This document shows positions 28,181 to 37,676 of a stretch of DNA of 64,000 nucleotides, piece after piece. Position 1 is the stretch's first letter, and every line of letters begins with the position of its first letter. A program made the position numbers and the translations under genes. The notes beneath the pieces were generated by a model. It worked only from the letters and a program-made list of their open reading frames with translations. It made no database searches and had not been told where the DNA came from. Source of the stretch: a virus; IMG/VR virus record IMGVR_UViG_3300023440_000001, positions 64,001-128,000 of that record; one strand, written 5' to 3'.

Positions 28181-29023
28181 ATGAGTCATCCGCTTTTTGT
28201 GAAAGGTTACTTCAAATCTATTCCTCTTAATATGTTGGATAACTCTGATAACCGTGATATCAATGATAACAATATCAAGAAGTTGCTTCAAGACTTGCTT
28301 AATGGTGGTAAGTTAATTGAGCGACCGATTGTCCGATTTAATCCCAAGATAGGTAAGTATAAAATCGAAGATGGTGGTCATCGTGTTGCACTGGTAGAAT
28401 GGTTTAACGTCCTGCGTCCAGAACATGCTGTTAGCGATATTGAGTGCTTTGTTATCACTGATGATGAAGTACCAACTGAATATGTTCAGGAAAAGACTTA
28501 CTCCCGGAAGAATCCTACTCTGGAAGAAGTCTTGTGCCGCCCTGCGGTTCATAATCTGGATATATTGCTAGATATTCATAAGTTCTTAATTGCCAAAGGC
28601 TTTTACAATCTCTTATCGAATCGTAGCTCAACTATTATCAAGCACTTTGGTCGGTTAACAACTAAGCTTATTCTGTATTCTAATGGGCAGTTAACGAATA
28701 AGCTTGGTGAGATCAAGGAGCTGGTTAGTAAATACAATGAAGATGCTTTATGGAGCTCTGCACAACAATTACTTGCAGTATTCAACTCCATTAAAGATGC
28801 TCCCGTCTTTCATAATAGTCGTGTTAATCGTATTCACTATCAGATCATAGCTTATGCTATGTCTATTGCTCCGATGGATTTCATTACCAAAGTGTATTAT
28901 AGTTTAGATTATCTGGCCGATCATGGTCATGGTCTCAGTCGTTTAGCTCCTGCCTGGCAAGAGCAGGTAGAAGTTGCTTCAAGATATAATAGAGAGGTAG
29001 CTCTCTTTGTTGAGGCAGTGTAG
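28181..29023 (+). CDS. ParB/Srx-like domain protein
   Basis: NR.IN...., PIV, IEDGGHR. Confidence 0.75.
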   Translation: MSHPLFVKGYFKSIPLNMLDNSDNRDINDNNIKKLLQDLLNGGKLIERPIVRFNPKIGKYKIEDGGHRVALVEWFNVLRPEHAVSDIECFVITDDEVPTEYVQEKTYSRKNPTLEEVLCRPAVHNLDILLDIHKFLIAKGFYNLLSNRSSTIIKHFGRLTTKLILYSNGQLTNKLGEIKELVSKYNEDALWSSAQQLLAVFNSIKDAPVFHNSRVNRIHYQIIAYAMSIAPMDFITKVYYSLDYLADHGHGLSRLAPAWQEQVEVASRYNREVALFVEAV

Positions 29024-29085
29024 ACTCCCAGTCTACACTGCCACTTTCTATTCACTCCCTGTGACATATCTATTCATGCTATATT
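29014..29085 (+). promoter_or_regulatory. Palindrome-box-(-10) element, copy 4
   Basis: GGCAGTGTAGACT-CCC-AGTCTACACTGCC, ATTCACTCCC at 29050, TGcTATATT at 29077-29085. Confidence 0.8.
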
Positions 29086-29119
29086 CTCCATCGTATGTAA
29101 ACAATGGAGGAAGCGTTCT

Positions 29120-29311
29120 ATGGTTTATACAGTTAAGTGTGCCAGCTGTGGTAAGACGTCTGATGTCTTCGTTCATACCTATGATGCTAGACTGACCTGT
29201 CCGAACTGTGGTAGCGAGTCTGTTACCAGGCAATTCGGTCAGCCGGGTCTAATATTCAAAGGCGAAGGCTTCTATGTAACGGATTACAAACGGAAGGGTA
29301 AAGAACGGTGA
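29120..29311 (+). CDS. FmdB-family Zn-ribbon protein
   Basis: CASCG, CPNCG, FKG.GFY.TDY. Confidence 0.9.
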   Translation: MVYTVKCASCGKTSDVFVHTYDARLTCPNCGSESVTRQFGQPGLIFKGEGFYVTDYKRKGKER

Positions 29312-29592
29312 TCTATATTATCACCAACAACTATCAATCTGCCAAAGCGTTCGCTTATTCCCGAAACTGGGCACTGAACAGTTATCGAATTATAACAACC
29401 GAGACAGAGTTACATGGGCTAAAGTTTGATAAGTCAGATGAATTCTATGTAGTTGAGGTGCCGGATCAGGAGCCAATTAGTCCCGGCGTCTTTCTCCGTT
29501 TACAGTTTGAAATGGAGAAGATCAAGTCTGAATTGGATTTGCTTTCTGATTTGAAGGAGAATGTGGGAGCGGAAGACGACTTCGTTATTTAA
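29308..29592 (+). CDS. Hypothetical protein
   Basis: GTGA overlap. Confidence 0.65.
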   Translation: MIYIITNNYQSAKAFAYSRNWALNSYRIITTETELHGLKFDKSDEFYVVEVPDQEPISPGVFLRLQFEMEKIKSELDLLSDLKENVGAEDDFVI

Positions 29593-29607
29593 TAGAGGAG
29601 GATACTC

Positions 29608-29952
29608 ATGGCAGTATTTGATCTGAGAACTATCTATTCCGGTAAGATCGAAGTTACCCGGAAGGAGCTAAAGGACATCAACAGAATCAGTCGTCAGGTT
29701 CACGACAACATCAAGGAAGTGTTCCTTGCTTTTCTGGAGAATCGTGAACAGGACTATGTAAGGCAGAAGATTGCAGAGCTGGCCGTTCATGAAGCTGAAT
29801 TGTCCAGTCTGGAAACCGAGATGCTTGGTAGTAATACCGACTCGATAGTAATCGAGAAGGTAAAGATGACTCTGAGTGCTGTCCGAAGAGCACAACAACG
29901 GCTGGAGAGAATCCTGAGCTCTCTGCAAAACGAAGCTAATAACGCAACCTAA
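29608..29952 (+). CDS. Coiled-coil hypothetical protein
   Basis: GAGGAGG SD. Confidence 0.75.
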   Translation: MAVFDLRTIYSGKIEVTRKELKDINRISRQVHDNIKEVFLAFLENREQDYVRQKIAELAVHEAELSSLETEMLGSNTDSIVIEKVKMTLSAVRRAQQRLERILSSLQNEANNAT

Positions 29953-32774
29953 TGGGAGTGTCTGCGATGAACTGGCAAGTAAACGATTCCAGTAAGCTGC
30001 GAGCGTTTCGAGAGAGTTTGACTGAGTGCTACTTATGCCCCCTTTACTCTGAACTGGGAAAGACTGCTGGCAGTGCCAAAGGTCTGGCCCCGGTCGTGAG
30101 TAGAGGAGAAGGTCGGGTTATGTTTATTGGTATGGCACCTTCTAATGTAGAACATAACACTGGCAAACCATTTGGTGAGGCACTTGGTGAGACGTTGGCA
30201 GAACTGATGAAGAAGCATGTGGGCCTGTTGATTGATGTGGATACATATATGACCAACCTGATCAAGTGTAATCCTTATACCAAACCGACGAATATGAAAC
30301 GTGGTCATATGCGGAACTGTTCGATTCACCTGGGAAAGGAACTGGAACTGGTGGACCCGGTAATTGTGGTGTTCATGGGTAAGGATATCTTTAATGCTAT
30401 TGGCTACGCAGATGAGCTTCCTGGTATTGGAGTGCCTTTCCAGGGAACGCTCTTTGGTAAGAAGCGCTGGATGTACGTAATGAATAATCCCGGTGTGATT
30501 ACCAAGAGTATGTCCCAGCGAAAGAGCTTTATTACTCAGCTGCGTAATCTTGCCAGGTGGTTGAAAGAGCACACGACCTTTTATCAGGATAAAGGCATGG
30601 CACCACCAGAGTTCGTGGAGTATGCCGAGCCCAGATATGTGCTGATAAATACCATTGAAAAGGCCCGCAACATGGTCAAATGGTTTAAACGCAGCGGTGC
30701 TAAATACATGGCTCTGGATACCGAAACTACCGGGCTGAATCTGTTTGACCCGAAATGGTACGTGGTTGGTGTGTCACTGTCCATTGATGAACGAGTTGGT
30801 TATTATCTACCCATTGGTCATCGTAGTCGTCCCAGCTCGCTGATTAAGAAGGATATTCAGCAGTTGACTAAAGAAGAGCTGAAGAAGATACTGGAGTACC
30901 TGCTCTTCGATCTAAAGCTCATCCCGATCTTTCATAACTACGCCTATGATTATCGGGTGTTGAAAAAGCTGGATATTCAGGTGGATAAGCTGGATCCGGA
31001 TAACAGTATCTGGTATCATGATACCATGATCCTGAGTTACCTGGAGAACGAGAACGACACGCTGGGCTTAAAAGACCTGACCTTTCGGCATTTCGGTATC
31101 CAGGCGGACAAGTTTAAAGACGTGGCTGAACATAGTAAGTTTCAGTACGTGGATCTGGAAAAGGCCACTGCTTATGCTGCGGCTGATGCAGTAAATACAC
31201 TGCGTCTGTTCAACCGGGCACGTAAGGTTGTTCATAAGGAAAGCATCACCAAGACCGGTGGAAAGCTGCTGGAACGTATCTATCCGGTTGAGTTGAAGAC
31301 TGCCCGTATCATGGCCGATGCAATTGATCTCGGTCTGGCTATTGATCTCGATTATCTGAAAGCGTTAAGACTCCGTCTGCTGAAGGAAGAGCGCGAGTTA
31401 TATGATAAACTGGATAGCTTCAATAACATTATTGATCACAGCAGCACCTATCAGCTGGACAAGTTAATGGGAAGTCTGTTGGATAATGCGTCCCGACAGA
31501 GTTATGAAGATCAGTACGGCTGGGCGGCTGACGAAGATCATCTGAAAACACTGCGAGACTTTGTGAAGAAGTCCTATGAATCCAGTAAGTTCCGCTGGAC
31601 ACCCGAGAAGCTCGATGACTATATCAAGACACTCCTGGTCTGGCGTCGAGTCAATAAGATGCTCAGTACCTACGTAGACGCTCTGATCGAGAAGCATGTG
31701 GTAGATGAAAGTGGTACCCCAATCATTCACGGTTCCTTTAAGACAATCGGAACCACCAGCGGTCGCATGTCTTCTCAGGATCCCAACCTGCAGAACCTGC
31801 CACGGGAAGCGCCCAAACCACCTAAGGTCTGTCAATACTGTGGTCATGAGACTGTTACTCTGGTAGATGGCTCCGGCCATGAGACGGTTGTCAATTGGTA
31901 TGACAGCGTGGATTCTACCGGCGGTGTTTTCACCTGTGCCAAATGCGGTAAGCAAACTTCTAACTATCAGGTGGACATTCGGCGCGCTTTCGTGGCCAGA
32001 CCGAATAAATGCTTTCTAACTTGTGATTGGGATGCGATGGAGCTTAAGGTCGCTGCTGCTGTCTCAGGTGATAAACGCCTATTGGAAATCATGGAAGGGC
32101 AGGTGAGAGAACCTGATAATCCTAACTATGACATGCACCGGGTAACAGCAGCCGGAATCTTCGGGTGCAAACCAGAAGAAGTGACTAAGGAACAGAGGCA
32201 GGCGGCTAAACCGGTAGGATTTGGATGTCTCTATCTTATAACCGAAGTTGGTCTGGCTAATAACCTGCGCACCATGGCCGGTATTGAAGTTACCGTAGAA
32301 GAAGCCAAAGAGTGGATCAAGAACTTCTTTGACACCTATCCAGGTCTACTCGAGAACTGGATCCATCCCGGCCGTTGGAAGCTGAAAACCGAAGGGTATA
32401 TCACCCATCCCTATGGTCGTATCAGACGTGTGTCACGAGATCCGTCTGAAGCAGAGATCCGTAGTGCCTTGAACTTTACCATTCAGGGATGGTGCGCTTC
32501 CATCATGAAAGAATCGCTGGTCAAAATCGATGAAGCTTTTCAGGGCGATCCGGGGATCAATATCGTTACTGTTATTCATGATGAAATCGTTGTAGAGTGT
32601 CCCATAGAAAAGGCTCCGGAAGTCGCTCAGGTGGTGAAAGAAGCTATGAACATTAAGATCAAAGATAAGGCTGAAGTTCAACTGACGGCGACCCCGGAGA
32701 TCAAGTTTAATCTGAGTAAGGCAGCCAAGACCTATTCGGTTGAAGAGTTTGAGAAAGCGTTCTTGAAGAAGTAG
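29952..32774 (+). CDS. polA: Family A DNA polymerase with N-terminal UDG-like domain and 3'-5' exonuclease
   Basis: Exo DTETTG/HN..YD/YAAAD; TTSGRMSS.DPNLQNLP; motif A DWDAME; motif B R..AK..GFG.LY; motif C HDE; N-terminal CYLC...G.AP..PF..TNLIKC. Confidence 0.96.
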   Translation: MGVSAMNWQVNDSSKLRAFRESLTECYLCPLYSELGKTAGSAKGLAPVVSRGEGRVMFIGMAPSNVEHNTGKPFGEALGETLAELMKKHVGLLIDVDTYMTNLIKCNPYTKPTNMKRGHMRNCSIHLGKELELVDPVIVVFMGKDIFNAIGYADELPGIGVPFQGTLFGKKRWMYVMNNPGVITKSMSQRKSFITQLRNLARWLKEHTTFYQDKGMAPPEFVEYAEPRYVLINTIEKARNMVKWFKRSGAKYMALDTETTGLNLFDPKWYVVGVSLSIDERVGYYLPIGHRSRPSSLIKKDIQQLTKEELKKILEYLLFDLKLIPIFHNYAYDYRVLKKLDIQVDKLDPDNSIWYHDTMILSYLENENDTLGLKDLTFRHFGIQADKFKDVAEHSKFQYVDLEKATAYAAADAVNTLRLFNRARKVVHKESITKTGGKLLERIYPVELKTARIMADAIDLGLAIDLDYLKALRLRLLKEERELYDKLDSFNNIIDHSSTYQLDKLMGSLLDNASRQSYEDQYGWAADEDHLKTLRDFVKKSYESSKFRWTPEKLDDYIKTLLVWRRVNKMLSTYVDALIEKHVVDESGTPIIHGSFKTIGTTSGRMSSQDPNLQNLPREAPKPPKVCQYCGHETVTLVDGSGHETVVNWYDSVDSTGGVFTCAKCGKQTSNYQVDIRRAFVARPNKCFLTCDWDAMELKVAAAVSGDKRLLEIMEGQVREPDNPNYDMHRVTAAGIFGCKPEEVTKEQRQAAKPVGFGCLYLITEVGLANNLRTMAGIEVTVEEAKEWIKNFFDTYPGLLENWIHPGRWKLKTEGYITHPYGRIRRVSRDPSEAEIRSALNFTIQGWCASIMKESLVKIDEAFQGDPGINIVTVIHDEIVVECPIEKAPEVAQVVKEAMNIKIKDKAEVQLTATPEIKFNLSKAAKTYSVEEFEKAFLKK

Positions 32775-32805
32775 ACTATTAGATATGATCCTAACATAGG
32801 TTTGT

Positions 32806-32831
32806 GTCTACTGATCGAAATCTGATTCACC
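32806..32831 (+). promoter_or_regulatory. Partial copy of the element (GTCTAC-N13-ATTCAC)
   Basis: Same 13-nt spacing; no palindrome and no -10 at the usual distance. Confidence 0.4.
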
Positions 32832-32852
32832 TTTTGCTATGAAGGGTATGCT

Positions 32853-34298
32853 ATGGCAGCAAGATCTTATGATGAATTATCCAGAGATGATCTTATTGAT
32901 ATTATAAATAGACTTAAACGTCGCAAGAGGTATGGATTGGTATGGGAGGAAGAGAAAGTACAGGAAAGGTTTGATGAGGAAGCTCGAAACGCTTATCCGA
33001 TTTTAAAGGCTGTAGAAGAAAGGGATGTCTTAACTAATCCAAAAGAACCGGTGAACCTTTTAATTGAAGGTGATAACCTACATACATTAAGTGTATTAAA
33101 CTACACTCATCAAGGTAGTATAGACATCATCTACATCGACCCACCCTATAACACCGGCAACAAAGACTTCAAATACAACGACCATTGGGCAGACAAAGAA
33201 GATGTATACCGCCATTCCAAGTGGCTTTCATTTATGAAACCCCGCTTACAACTAGCCCGCAACTTACTCAAAGATACCGGCGTCATCTTTGTTTCTATTG
33301 ACGACAACGAGTTCGCTCAATTGAAATTGTTAATGGATGAGGTATTTGAGGAATCAAACTATATTACAACTCAGATTTGGGTTAAGAATGCAATTAAGAA
33401 CAATGTTAGAACATTGAGTGTGGTACATGAGTATATACTTACGTACGCTAGGAGTAAGTCTTCTCTCGTTACTAAAGGTTCGGCATTTGCGGTATCTAAA
33501 CCTGGTATTAATGAGGTATTTCGTCTTCGAGATGATTTCCTCCATGAAGATCTGACTCTATACGAAAGTCCACATAAAGAACTTGAACAGCGTCTAAGGA
33601 AGTTCTATAGGTCTAATAAGCATCTTAAGGGTATTAGTCATTACAAGTTTGTTGAACCTGAAACCCTCAGGATTTATGCTATTGACAACATCTCCGCCCC
33701 AGGTGGTAATGGTAAGCAATATGATATTATTCACCCAGTTACTGGTAAGCCTTGTAAACGACCTGCTGGCGGCTACCGCTTTACTGAAAAGACAATGAGA
33801 GAACTATTGTCTACAAACCAAATCCACTTTGGTAAGGATGAGACCACAGTACCGCGCTTCAAGCGCTATCTTGATACTGTAGAAATGGAGGTACCTAAGT
33901 CTGTTATTAATAATAATGATGATGGAACTAGAGAACTGCAATCAATACTTAATGAAACATCGTTTTCATATCCTAAACCTACTTCACTTATTAAGTACCT
34001 AATCCAAGTCACTAATAATCCCAATGCCATCGTCCTCGACTTCTTCGCCGGTTCAGGTACCACGGGCCACGCCGTCCTTCAGCTGAATAAAGAAGACGGC
34101 GGTAACCGTCAATTCATACTCGTTACCAATAACGAAAACAACATCTGCACAGACGTATGCTACCCCCGCATTCAGAAAGTCATTCACGGCTATACTACCC
34201 CAAAGGGCAAAGAAGTTCCTGGCCTGGGTGGTAATCTAAAGTATTATAGAGTTGGGCTTGTTGCTAAGTTGTCTAATTCAGATGAGATGAAAGTATAA
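32853..34298 (+). CDS. Beta-class adenine DNA methyltransferase (type III Mod-like, orphan)
   Basis: LIEGDNL, IYIDPPY, YPKP, DFFAGSGTT; no res gene adjacent. Confidence 0.93.
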   Translation: MAARSYDELSRDDLIDIINRLKRRKRYGLVWEEEKVQERFDEEARNAYPILKAVEERDVLTNPKEPVNLLIEGDNLHTLSVLNYTHQGSIDIIYIDPPYNTGNKDFKYNDHWADKEDVYRHSKWLSFMKPRLQLARNLLKDTGVIFVSIDDNEFAQLKLLMDEVFEESNYITTQIWVKNAIKNNVRTLSVVHEYILTYARSKSSLVTKGSAFAVSKPGINEVFRLRDDFLHEDLTLYESPHKELEQRLRKFYRSNKHLKGISHYKFVEPETLRIYAIDNISAPGGNGKQYDIIHPVTGKPCKRPAGGYRFTEKTMRELLSTNQIHFGKDETTVPRFKRYLDTVEMEVPKSVINNNDDGTRELQSILNETSFSYPKPTSLIKYLIQVTNNPNAIVLDFFAGSGTTGHAVLQLNKEDGGNRQFILVTNNENNICTDVCYPRIQKVIHGYTTPKGKEVPGLGGNLKYYRVGLVAKLSNSDEMKV

Positions 34299-34546
34299 AT
34301 GTCATATATGTGTGTTTCGGTGCTATGCATTCATAGGACTATACTTAATGAGACAGTTGATGACTACTGGTACTTATATTAAAGATCTGGTCGTCTTCCC
34401 GATACATTCCTGTGGCCAGCAGGCAATCAGCGGTTTGGAATTGATTCGCCAGTTAATTGTAGATCTGGGAAAGGTTCTGCATCAGTTAATATTAATTGTA
34501 AGAAGTGAACATTAGGGTACTTAACTTAATTAATAGGGAGACAGAA

Positions 34547-34813
34547 ATGCATATTACATTTGATGAGTTCATTAAGTATTATCGGCCTATTAAGAACCCG
34601 TTTAATAGTAGTGCTTCTATTGATGGTTATATGTTTGAGTCCTATGGAGATGAGCTGGTGTTTGTTCAGCTAATTGACGACAGACATATCTGGTCGGTTA
34701 TTGATGAGGATGGAATAACTTATATCTGTCCAGGTTATCATATTGTCAACCGGCTTGGTTACATTATAACTCTTTCTCCATGTGTAATCGATGTAGAAGT
34801 TGATCTAGATTAA
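34547..34813 (+). CDS. Small hypothetical phage protein
   Basis: GGGAG SD; FESYG...IWS...G.H.VNRLGY. Confidence 0.75.
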   Translation: MHITFDEFIKYYRPIKNPFNSSASIDGYMFESYGDELVFVQLIDDRHIWSVIDEDGITYICPGYHIVNRLGYIITLSPCVIDVEVDLD

Positions 34814-34883
34814 GTTGGATTATATTGTGTCCTACTGTTGAGTAGGTATATTAACTTAACATTAATAATAAGGAGTAATTACT

Positions 34884-35309
34884 ATGGCTGATTGGTTCGG
34901 AACAGCTCGTTCTAACTACTTTGAAGTTAATGATCCGGAGAAGTTCGAAGCCTTCTGTGAGAAGTGGGATTTGGAACCCAATTCTGCTATAATTGAAGGT
35001 AAGAAACTGTATATGTTTATTGCTGACACCTATAATGGTGGTCTACCCAGCTCATTATACGTTGAGGATGAGGATGGAGAGATCGTTGAAGAGTTGTACT
35101 TCAAGGACTTTCTTAGGGAGCTGACTACTCACTTAAAGCCCGGGTATGTTGCTATTCTGATTGAAGTGGGTAACGAAGCACTTCGTTATCTTACAGGTAG
35201 TGCGGTTGCTATTAATCATAAAGGTGAATCAATCTCAATTGATTTGACAAGTGCAATTCTTAAGGAAGCGGAGAAGCTTGGTGAAATCGTTACCCCACCT
35301 GAGTATTAA
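34884..35309 (+). CDS. Hypothetical protein
   Basis: AAGGAG SD. Confidence 0.8.
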   Translation: MADWFGTARSNYFEVNDPEKFEAFCEKWDLEPNSAIIEGKKLYMFIADTYNGGLPSSLYVEDEDGEIVEELYFKDFLRELTTHLKPGYVAILIEVGNEALRYLTGSAVAINHKGESISIDLTSAILKEAEKLGEIVTPPEY

Positions 35310-35330
35310 TACTAATACCCGGAGTAGGTT

Positions 35331-36068
35331 ATGTCTTCATTGCACTATATATCCATTCTTGCCGGTGGCAGCTGTCCTAAAGGCTGCCACTTCTGTGTAG
35401 GTCGTGGGATAAGAGATGAAGAACAGCCACCACACTTTGCCGACATTCATCTTATCACAGACTTTCTGGAAGCCATGCGAGAGCGGACCGATGAGTTCTC
35501 CATATCTGGCAGTACTTCGGATCCACTTTACCTGGATAAAGAATCCTATGAGAATGTTCTGATTCCAATAATCATCTATGCCAAGCAACTCGGGTATCGA
35601 GTATCGCTGCACACCGTTGTGGTTTCCAGGAAGAAGTTTGATGATCTGTTCTATTTTAATGTAGACGAGATATGTGTATCAATTCACGACTACGATGAAG
35701 CAAAGGCAGAGATCATCAATTCTTATGCACCACAGTACCGAGATCGCTTTCGTATCTCTAGTGTCTGTCATAATGGGAATCGGGCCATCTTTGAAACGCC
35801 CGCTTTCTTCGAACTCTACGATGTGTCACGTTTTACCATCAGGCGTAATATCTTTGATCCGGACATGCCGGACCCGGTGATCCCATTCTATCGGTTGTAT
35901 GCAAAGACGGACTTTGGACAGAAATGGTACCTGACACCCAAAGAGCAGGTAATCGCTCTGTGGGACTTTACGAAAGCGAATGAACATATCAATGCCCTGT
36001 ACCTGTGGTCGGATGGTCGTATTAAACAGCAGTGTTACTGGTATACAATTCATGAGTTATCTGAGTAG
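35331..36068 (+). CDS. Radical SAM protein
   Basis: CPKGCHFC (CxxxCxxC), SISG..SDP, SLHT. Confidence 0.85.
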   Translation: MSSLHYISILAGGSCPKGCHFCVGRGIRDEEQPPHFADIHLITDFLEAMRERTDEFSISGSTSDPLYLDKESYENVLIPIIIYAKQLGYRVSLHTVVVSRKKFDDLFYFNVDEICVSIHDYDEAKAEIINSYAPQYRDRFRISSVCHNGNRAIFETPAFFELYDVSRFTIRRNIFDPDMPDPVIPFYRLYAKTDFGQKWYLTPKEQVIALWDFTKANEHINALYLWSDGRIKQQCYWYTIHELSE

Positions 36069-36077
36069 GAGTTTGTT

Positions 36078-36512
36078 ATGGACATCAAGCGAATAGAAGC
36101 ATGGATGGAATATGTGCATCAGTTGGCCTTTAAAGGTACAAAGCGGGAAGGCTTTTTCCCTGCTTTTAAGGATCAGGCTGAGGTTTTCGATACGGTTGAT
36201 ATTGTTCGCAGTAAGGAGTTACGTGACAACTATCTGTTGCGACCCCGTTACTGCTTTTATAACTGTCAGATGACCGTTTTGGAAACTCATTATAACTATC
36301 AGTATTACGAGGGATACGCATTAAACTCAATTGGTCTGCCAATCCATCACGCCTGGTTAGTCGGTGATGGTTCTGTTATTGATCCGACCTGGGAAGAACC
36401 CGGTCAGATTTACTATGGCATTCATATCCCCCGGGAGTATATCCGTAAGGTTATCCTGGAGGAAGAGTTTGCCCGGGATCTGATGTTTGACTACTTACTG
36501 CAGGAGGTGTAG
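36078..36512 (+). CDS. Papain/transglutaminase-like fold protein
   Basis: CFYNC, EGYA, HHAW, IDPTW (Cys-His-Asp order). Confidence 0.55.
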   Translation: MDIKRIEAWMEYVHQLAFKGTKREGFFPAFKDQAEVFDTVDIVRSKELRDNYLLRPRYCFYNCQMTVLETHYNYQYYEGYALNSIGLPIHHAWLVGDGSVIDPTWEEPGQIYYGIHIPREYIRKVILEEEFARDLMFDYLLQEV

Positions 36513-36710
36513 ATGGCGTACTGTCAGATGTGTGGTATTGAAATACCCGACGGTCAATCGGTCTGTTCCATGTGTTACGGAGACCCGTACTACGGTAGTG
36601 ATGGGTACTATCTGGAACAGATGATGATCGCTCTGGAGAAGGAGTTTGAGGAGGAACAGCTGATGTATGAGCTTTCACAACAAAAAGAGAAGGAGAGGAA
36701 AGCGTCATGA
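36513..36710 (+). CDS. Small Zn-finger protein
   Basis: CQMCG...CSMC; GGAGG SD. Confidence 0.75.
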   Translation: MAYCQMCGIEIPDGQSVCSMCYGDPYYGSDGYYLEQMMIALEKEFEEEQLMYELSQQKEKERKAS

Positions 36711-37204
36711 AACTGTATCATATTGTTTACAGTGCGGCCAGCGGTAATATTGATGATATCTTTGATCTCTTCGTCGAATGCGACAATGCAATCGAAGCGT
36801 TATATGTACTTATGCTTTATGAATTGGGAGCAAGGTTGGACGATATTCCACTTCCGGATCCGGCTGAGATAGAGAGTCTGGAACAGCTGAATCAGATGCT
36901 GGTCAAGATGTATCTGAGTGATGAATTCTATGATTCGATCTTTGGTGGCGGTGACTGGGTTTACTTTGATGCTCAGATTGAACCGTTTGTCTGTGATCCA
37001 CTGGACTTTCCGTATCGATATAACTTCTCGATTTCAGATCGGGATCTGTATTCTAAAACGCACAAAGAGCTGATTGAGTTTATCCAGTCCAATCGATCAG
37101 GTCCAGAGATTGTATATCGTTCACAGATTCCTAAAGACATTCTGGAAGAGGCTCGTAAGTATGTTGAATCGGTTAGACAACAACTGGAAGGAGTGCGAAC
37201 ATGA
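36707..37204 (+). CDS. Acidic hypothetical protein
   Basis: ATGA overlap. Confidence 0.75.
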   Translation: MKLYHIVYSAASGNIDDIFDLFVECDNAIEALYVLMLYELGARLDDIPLPDPAEIESLEQLNQMLVKMYLSDEFYDSIFGGGDWVYFDAQIEPFVCDPLDFPYRYNFSISDRDLYSKTHKELIEFIQSNRSGPEIVYRSQIPKDILEEARKYVESVRQQLEGVRT

Positions 37205-37599
37205 TATTCCAAGAAAGCGATCTGATCCTGGTACTGGCCATGTATAAAATGATGGACAGACTTTCCGAGAAGTACAATCTGTCATGGTCAGACCTTCCCC
37301 TTGAAGCCTTTAGAGTAGCTTCTCAACTGGAAGAAGATAAGCAGGATGAAGTTGTAGATAAGGCTGAGCAGATATACAAACAGTTACGTGATGGGGAACA
37401 ATACTATCTAATCATTGTCTGGGGATGTGTAGAACCTAGTGTTTACGATGGTCCCTTTTATAGCTATGATGACCTGTTGAGTGCGACTCGTAAGTTATAT
37501 GAAGAGGGAGGTAGTGATGCTGACACATACATTGGACTAAAGGTCAGTATTAACGGACCACAGGTCTTTAGCTTTTCGACTGAAGAGTTAGAAGGTTAA
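37201..37599 (+). CDS. Hypothetical protein
   Basis: ATGA overlap, SD. Confidence 0.75.
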   Translation: MIFQESDLILVLAMYKMMDRLSEKYNLSWSDLPLEAFRVASQLEEDKQDEVVDKAEQIYKQLRDGEQYYLIIVWGCVEPSVYDGPFYSYDDLLSATRKLYEEGGSDADTYIGLKVSINGPQVFSFSTEELEG

Positions 37600-37676
37600 T
37601 CCCGTGGCGGGTTCCTGTCCCGCCGCCGGATTCATATCCCAAACAATTAACCCGGAAGGTGGAGCAATGATACATA

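Noticed and set aside
34828-34856. GTCCTAC...ATTAAC as an eighth element copy
   Set aside because: Both boxes mismatch and the spacing is off by one
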